DNA of 64,000 nt from Desulfurococcales archaeon (GTDB lineage: Archaea; Thermoproteota; Thermoprotei_A; Sulfolobales; Desulfurococcaceae). This document shows positions 60,846 through 64,000 of the stretch, piece after piece (within the stretch, counting starts at the first letter, position 1; every line of letters starts with the position of its first letter). The position numbers and the translations under genes are program-made. A model generated the notes under the pieces. It made no database searches. It was not told where the DNA came from and was given only the letters and a program-made list of their open reading frames with translations. The stretch is taken from contig JALVYU010000026.1 in NCBI GenBank assembly GCA_027022365.1, positions 416,001 to 480,000 on the forward strand, given 5' to 3'.

Positions 60846-61487
60846 CTATCTTCTCCTCAGCTGTAGCGGTGATACCACTACTGCGGGCTTAGGGCCCTCG
60901 GGTGTCGGTATCATTAATAATTTTGATTTGTATATCTCGACTTTACGTATCGGGTAGATCTTGCGTGCTCTCTCCATGATTTCTGCGCTCATTCTACCAA
61001 ATAGCATTTCTTGGATTAGCTCGTCAAGCGTAAGTTGTGGTACTTTTGATTTTACGTATTCTTCCATTATCTTCCTTATAGCTCTCTTCTGGCTTGTTTT
61101 GCACCTATAGCTTGTTAGAGCTACTACTGTTAGGCGTAAGCGATACTGATCCTTTGTCTCAACATTGAATATGCCTTGGATTTTACTGCTTTTTCTTCTG
61201 ATTAGGCTCTTCATATAGTCTCTTGATATTTCGTGTCCTTTGAATCTCGTATATGCTTTGTCGCCTTCTACTTTGATTATTTGGAAGTACAACCTTATAT
61301 GAACCTGTGTTATGTCACCTGTAATATCATATAACGTTGTCTCCATAACTCTGCCGATAAGTTTTAATGGATCATCAGCGGGTGTGGTTCCTATGGATAT
61401 TTCGCCAAATATTGGTGGTGCGATTACAGTATACCATTTCTTGAGCTTCCATTTATCACGTATAGCAAACTTTCTCCGAGCGGGCAT
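60846..61487 (-). CDS. rps3ae: 30S ribosomal protein S3Ae
   Basis: DKWKLKKWY, IGRVMETTLYDITGD, KIYPIRKVEI. Confidence 0.96.
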   Translation of the reverse strand: MPARRKFAIRDKWKLKKWYTVIAPPIFGEISIGTTPADDPLKLIGRVMETTLYDITGDITQVHIRLYFQIIKVEGDKAYTRFKGHEISRDYMKSLIRRKSSKIQGIFNVETKDQYRLRLTVVALTSYRCKTSQKRAIRKIMEEYVKSKVPQLTLDELIQEMLFGRMSAEIMERARKIYPIRKVEIYKSKLLMIPTPEGPKPAVVVSPLQLRRR

Positions 61488-61560
61488 AATCCTTCCTCTC
61501 ACACTTCTACTTACTAAGACTCTTACCATTTAATTGGGGCTATATAAGACTTTATGAATT

Positions 61561-61821
61561 TTACCTTATTTTGAGACATTTGATCGTATCTTCAATTAGC
61601 TCTAACATACATGTAACATCGTCGAGAGTTCCTCTAAGGCTATCAAAATGCTTCGGTGAGCTATCCTTTATCTTTATTTCGATAATGTATTCATTTTCGG
61701 ATATCTCTTCATTGATCTCCATGAAGCCCGGTGTTACCATGTTGTCCGGATGTAATGCTTTCCATACAGCACGGATTTTTCTATTATCTTCAGCCCTTAT
61801 TCTGAAATATGCTTCAAACAA
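61561..61821 (-). CDS. Second Pcc1-family paralogue (Pcc2-like)
   Basis: ALHPDN...SLRGTLDD; S15-DHH-Pcc-S3Ae context. Confidence 0.72.
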   Translation of the reverse strand: MFEAYFRIRAEDNRKIRAVWKALHPDNMVTPGFMEINEEISENEYIIEIKIKDSSPKHFDSLRGTLDDVTCMLELIEDTIKCLKIR

Positions 61822-61833
61822 ACATACTCAACC

Positions 61834-62979
61834 TCATATTTTACACAATTGTAGTTCATCACAGACAGATAATGCATACTCAATATCTTTTCCGATACGA
61901 AGTAGTTCTCTTAGAACAGTAATACTACGTCCATTACTGATTATACTTACTGGCTTCTGATTTAGCAATCCTAGGCTCCTTAATATATCTACATATATAT
62001 CGGGCCTCTCAATACGATCGGTATCTATGCTCCTGCCACTTAACCATAATCTTATTCCATGCGAAATTTCATTTGCAAGCATGTCTATGTAATAATCGTA
62101 GAGCGAGATAATGCTGTATAGAATATTAGGATCAAGCGATAAATTGGATAATATGTTCACAGTTCCTCGCTCTAGCGACTCGTAGATTATCAAAGAACCA
62201 AGCGTTTCAAAACTTTCAAGCCGAGTATCCCCTATATAGAAGTAGTATGTGAATCCTATGAGTTTCAATAGGATGGTTTTCCGCGTGTTTTCATCTATTT
62301 CTAATGCTTCATAAAGAGCTGCTGCGAATTTCTTGGCCCTCTCCGGCTCCTCTTCGAGGAATATTGAAGATGAATTCAATGATTCGACGCTTTCTGTGTT
62401 GAATAATTTCTTTAGAAAGGCCAGTACTTGGCCGCGTTCACCAGTTAGACCTGGTAGGAATGGTATTAGTGTACGAGTAATCATTTCAACTAAACTTCTT
62501 TTCCTCCAGCCCCAGAATCTGAAACCAAATTCTATCTCGGCTTTATCGTTGTCGATAAGTTCTTGTAGAAACTTCTTTTCAGTTCCTTGGAACCCTTCTT
62601 TTCCTAGATCTCTCTCTTTGTAAATTCCTGCTAGGATAGCCAAGATCTTGTCGTAATCTGATACTATCCAATAGTTTTCAAGGCCTGTAACAATGTATGA
62701 GGATAGACTGCTATCCTGTTTATCCCATACGAGTTCTTGGCACCACTTTTTCGCCTGTGATGGCTTAGGAATATTGAGAAGTATTGTTGGTTCATCGGTC
62801 TCTAGACATGTTTTTACATCAAGGTTTATTACAGTATGTATGTCGTGTTCGCCGAGGTTTCTTGCCAGAATACTTGCAGCAATTAATGAATCGATATCAG
62901 TGAGTGGTATTATTCTCAAGAAACCATATTCACGGGCAGTATTGATAAGCACGGGTATACTCTTCTCCAAGAGATACAA
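61834..62979 (-). CDS. Degenerate RecJ/DHH (Cdc45/GAN-like) protein
   Basis: TDIDSLIAASIL remnant of DHH motif I, no DHH triad; conserved position between S15 and Pcc/S3Ae. Confidence 0.6.
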   Translation of the reverse strand: MYLLEKSIPVLINTAREYGFLRIIPLTDIDSLIAASILARNLGEHDIHTVINLDVKTCLETDEPTILLNIPKPSQAKKWCQELVWDKQDSSLSSYIVTGLENYWIVSDYDKILAILAGIYKERDLGKEGFQGTEKKFLQELIDNDKAEIEFGFRFWGWRKRSLVEMITRTLIPFLPGLTGERGQVLAFLKKLFNTESVESLNSSSIFLEEEPERAKKFAAALYEALEIDENTRKTILLKLIGFTYYFYIGDTRLESFETLGSLIIYESLERGTVNILSNLSLDPNILYSIISLYDYYIDMLANEISHGIRLWLSGRSIDTDRIERPDIYVDILRSLGLLNQKPVSIISNGRSITVLRELLRIGKDIEYALSVCDELQLCKI

Positions 62980-63097
62980 CCCTTGTATTTATACGTTAGT
63001 TCAATTATTGATTCGCAAAAATATCTTAGTATCTTTGCTTGTTATTATAGATTTTAGAACGAATTCGTTTAATTGTAAAAATAGCTGTGTAGTAGCG

Positions 63098-63562
63098 CTA
63101 GATGTAGCTTGATACTATTAATCTTGCCTGATCTGGTGTATACTTCCAGTCTGGCGGCAGTCTCCCTATTCTCTTATAGTATTTTACTAGCCTATGTATC
63201 TTAGACTCTAGATCCATTAATCCTTTTTTAGCATGGTAATCCTTCGGATGTTCTTCTAGATGTCTTCTAAGGTTAACTGCTTTCTTCATTAGGAATAATA
63301 GGTCTTCAGGTATTGGTAGGTTAGCACCGTGTTTTTCGAGTATTTTCACTAGTTTTTTACCTGTTACTTGCTTGACTAGGGGTATCCCGTACTGGTCACG
63401 AAGTATTATTCCGATCATTGATGGTGTATAGCCCTTCTTAGCTAGCTCTACCACAAGTAGCTCTACATCGTTAGGGCTCATATCGAGTTTTAGCCATTTT
63501 GGCGGTCCAGCCCTAGCAGGTCGTGTTGAGTGTGATTGTCCCTTGTCTCGTTTCTTGTTCAC
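63098..63562 (-). CDS. rps15: 30S ribosomal protein S15/S13e
   Basis: [36 protein letters not shown]. Confidence 0.96.
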   Translation of the reverse strand: MNKKRDKGQSHSTRPARAGPPKWLKLDMSPNDVELLVVELAKKGYTPSMIGIILRDQYGIPLVKQVTGKKLVKILEKHGANLPIPEDLLFLMKKAVNLRRHLEEHPKDYHAKKGLMDLESKIHRLVKYYKRIGRLPPDWKYTPDQARLIVSSYI

Positions 63563-63610
63563 GGCTAAGCACCAGTATTGTTTTATTTCTCACCTATCCC
63601 GGTTAATAGT

Positions 63611-64000
63611 TTACGGGGCATTTAAATTTATGTCGGATAACGATTCTAATAGCTTTTTTAGTTTATATAATGCTTTTCTCACAGCTTTTGCTCGGTGTGA
63701 GAAAACGTTTTTCTCGTTTACACTCATTTCTGCAAAGGTTCTTTCTTCTCCCAAGGGGATGAATATAGGATCGAAACCAAATCCTTTATCTCCTCTTTTT
63801 TCGTAAGCTATGCTTCCTCTACACTCTCCTCTCTCCACAATGATGAACGGTGGATATATTATGGTAACCACCGATCTAAATGTTGCATATCGCTCAGTCT
63901 TGTTCATCATTAACTTTAGTATTCCATCACATCCAATGGTTTTGTATACATAGCTACTATATGGGCCGGGAAAACCGTTTAGTGCATCAATGAATAGACC
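63611..64000 (-). CDS. rdgB: XTP/dITP diphosphatase (Ham1/RdgB), 3' part
   Basis: [15 protein letters not shown]...GFGFDPIF...SHRAKA; frame continues beyond the window end. Confidence 0.92.
   Translation of the reverse strand, partial: GLFIDALNGFPGPYSSYVYKTIGCDGILKLMMNKTERYATFRSVVTIIYPPFIIVERGECRGSIAYEKRGDKGFGFDPIFIPLGEERTFAEMSVNEKNVFSHRAKAVRKALYKLKKLLESLSDINLNAP

Overview
Dense housekeeping region of an archaeon, almost certainly a crenarchaeon of the Desulfurococcales (Staphylothermus/Desulfurococcus-like). This rests on Rpo8, SmAP3, S26e, L38e, PolB1 plus PolB3, a stand-alone Desulfurococcus-type 5S rRNA and intron-containing tRNAs. It carries the TFE-Trm56-HflX-MBF1/PAN-TGT-SmAP3-Rpo8-thermosome-ABCE1-FBPA/ase cluster, TIM and pyruvate kinase, DnaG, two B-family polymerases, EF-2, the exosome/proteasome/RNase P superoperon and the S15-RecJ-like-Pcc-S3Ae cluster. 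RNA genes are four intron-containing tRNAs, 5S rRNA, SRP RNA, three C/D-box sRNAs and one H/ACA-like RNA. I saw no CRISPR array or mobile element. Most notable: (1) a HerA/VirB4-like ATPase split into two overlapping ORFs joined by an in-frame A_AAT_TTT (plus tandem T_TTT_TTC) slippery site just before the first stop, a candidate programmed -1 frameshift; (2) an unannotated 30-aa Glu/Trp microprotein; (3) an H/ACA-like RNA enclosed by a BHB-like splicing motif; (4) an SRP RNA with a reduced Alu domain; (5) RNase P Pop5 with an N-terminal hydrophobic helix. All family assignments come from motif recognition; no database search was run.
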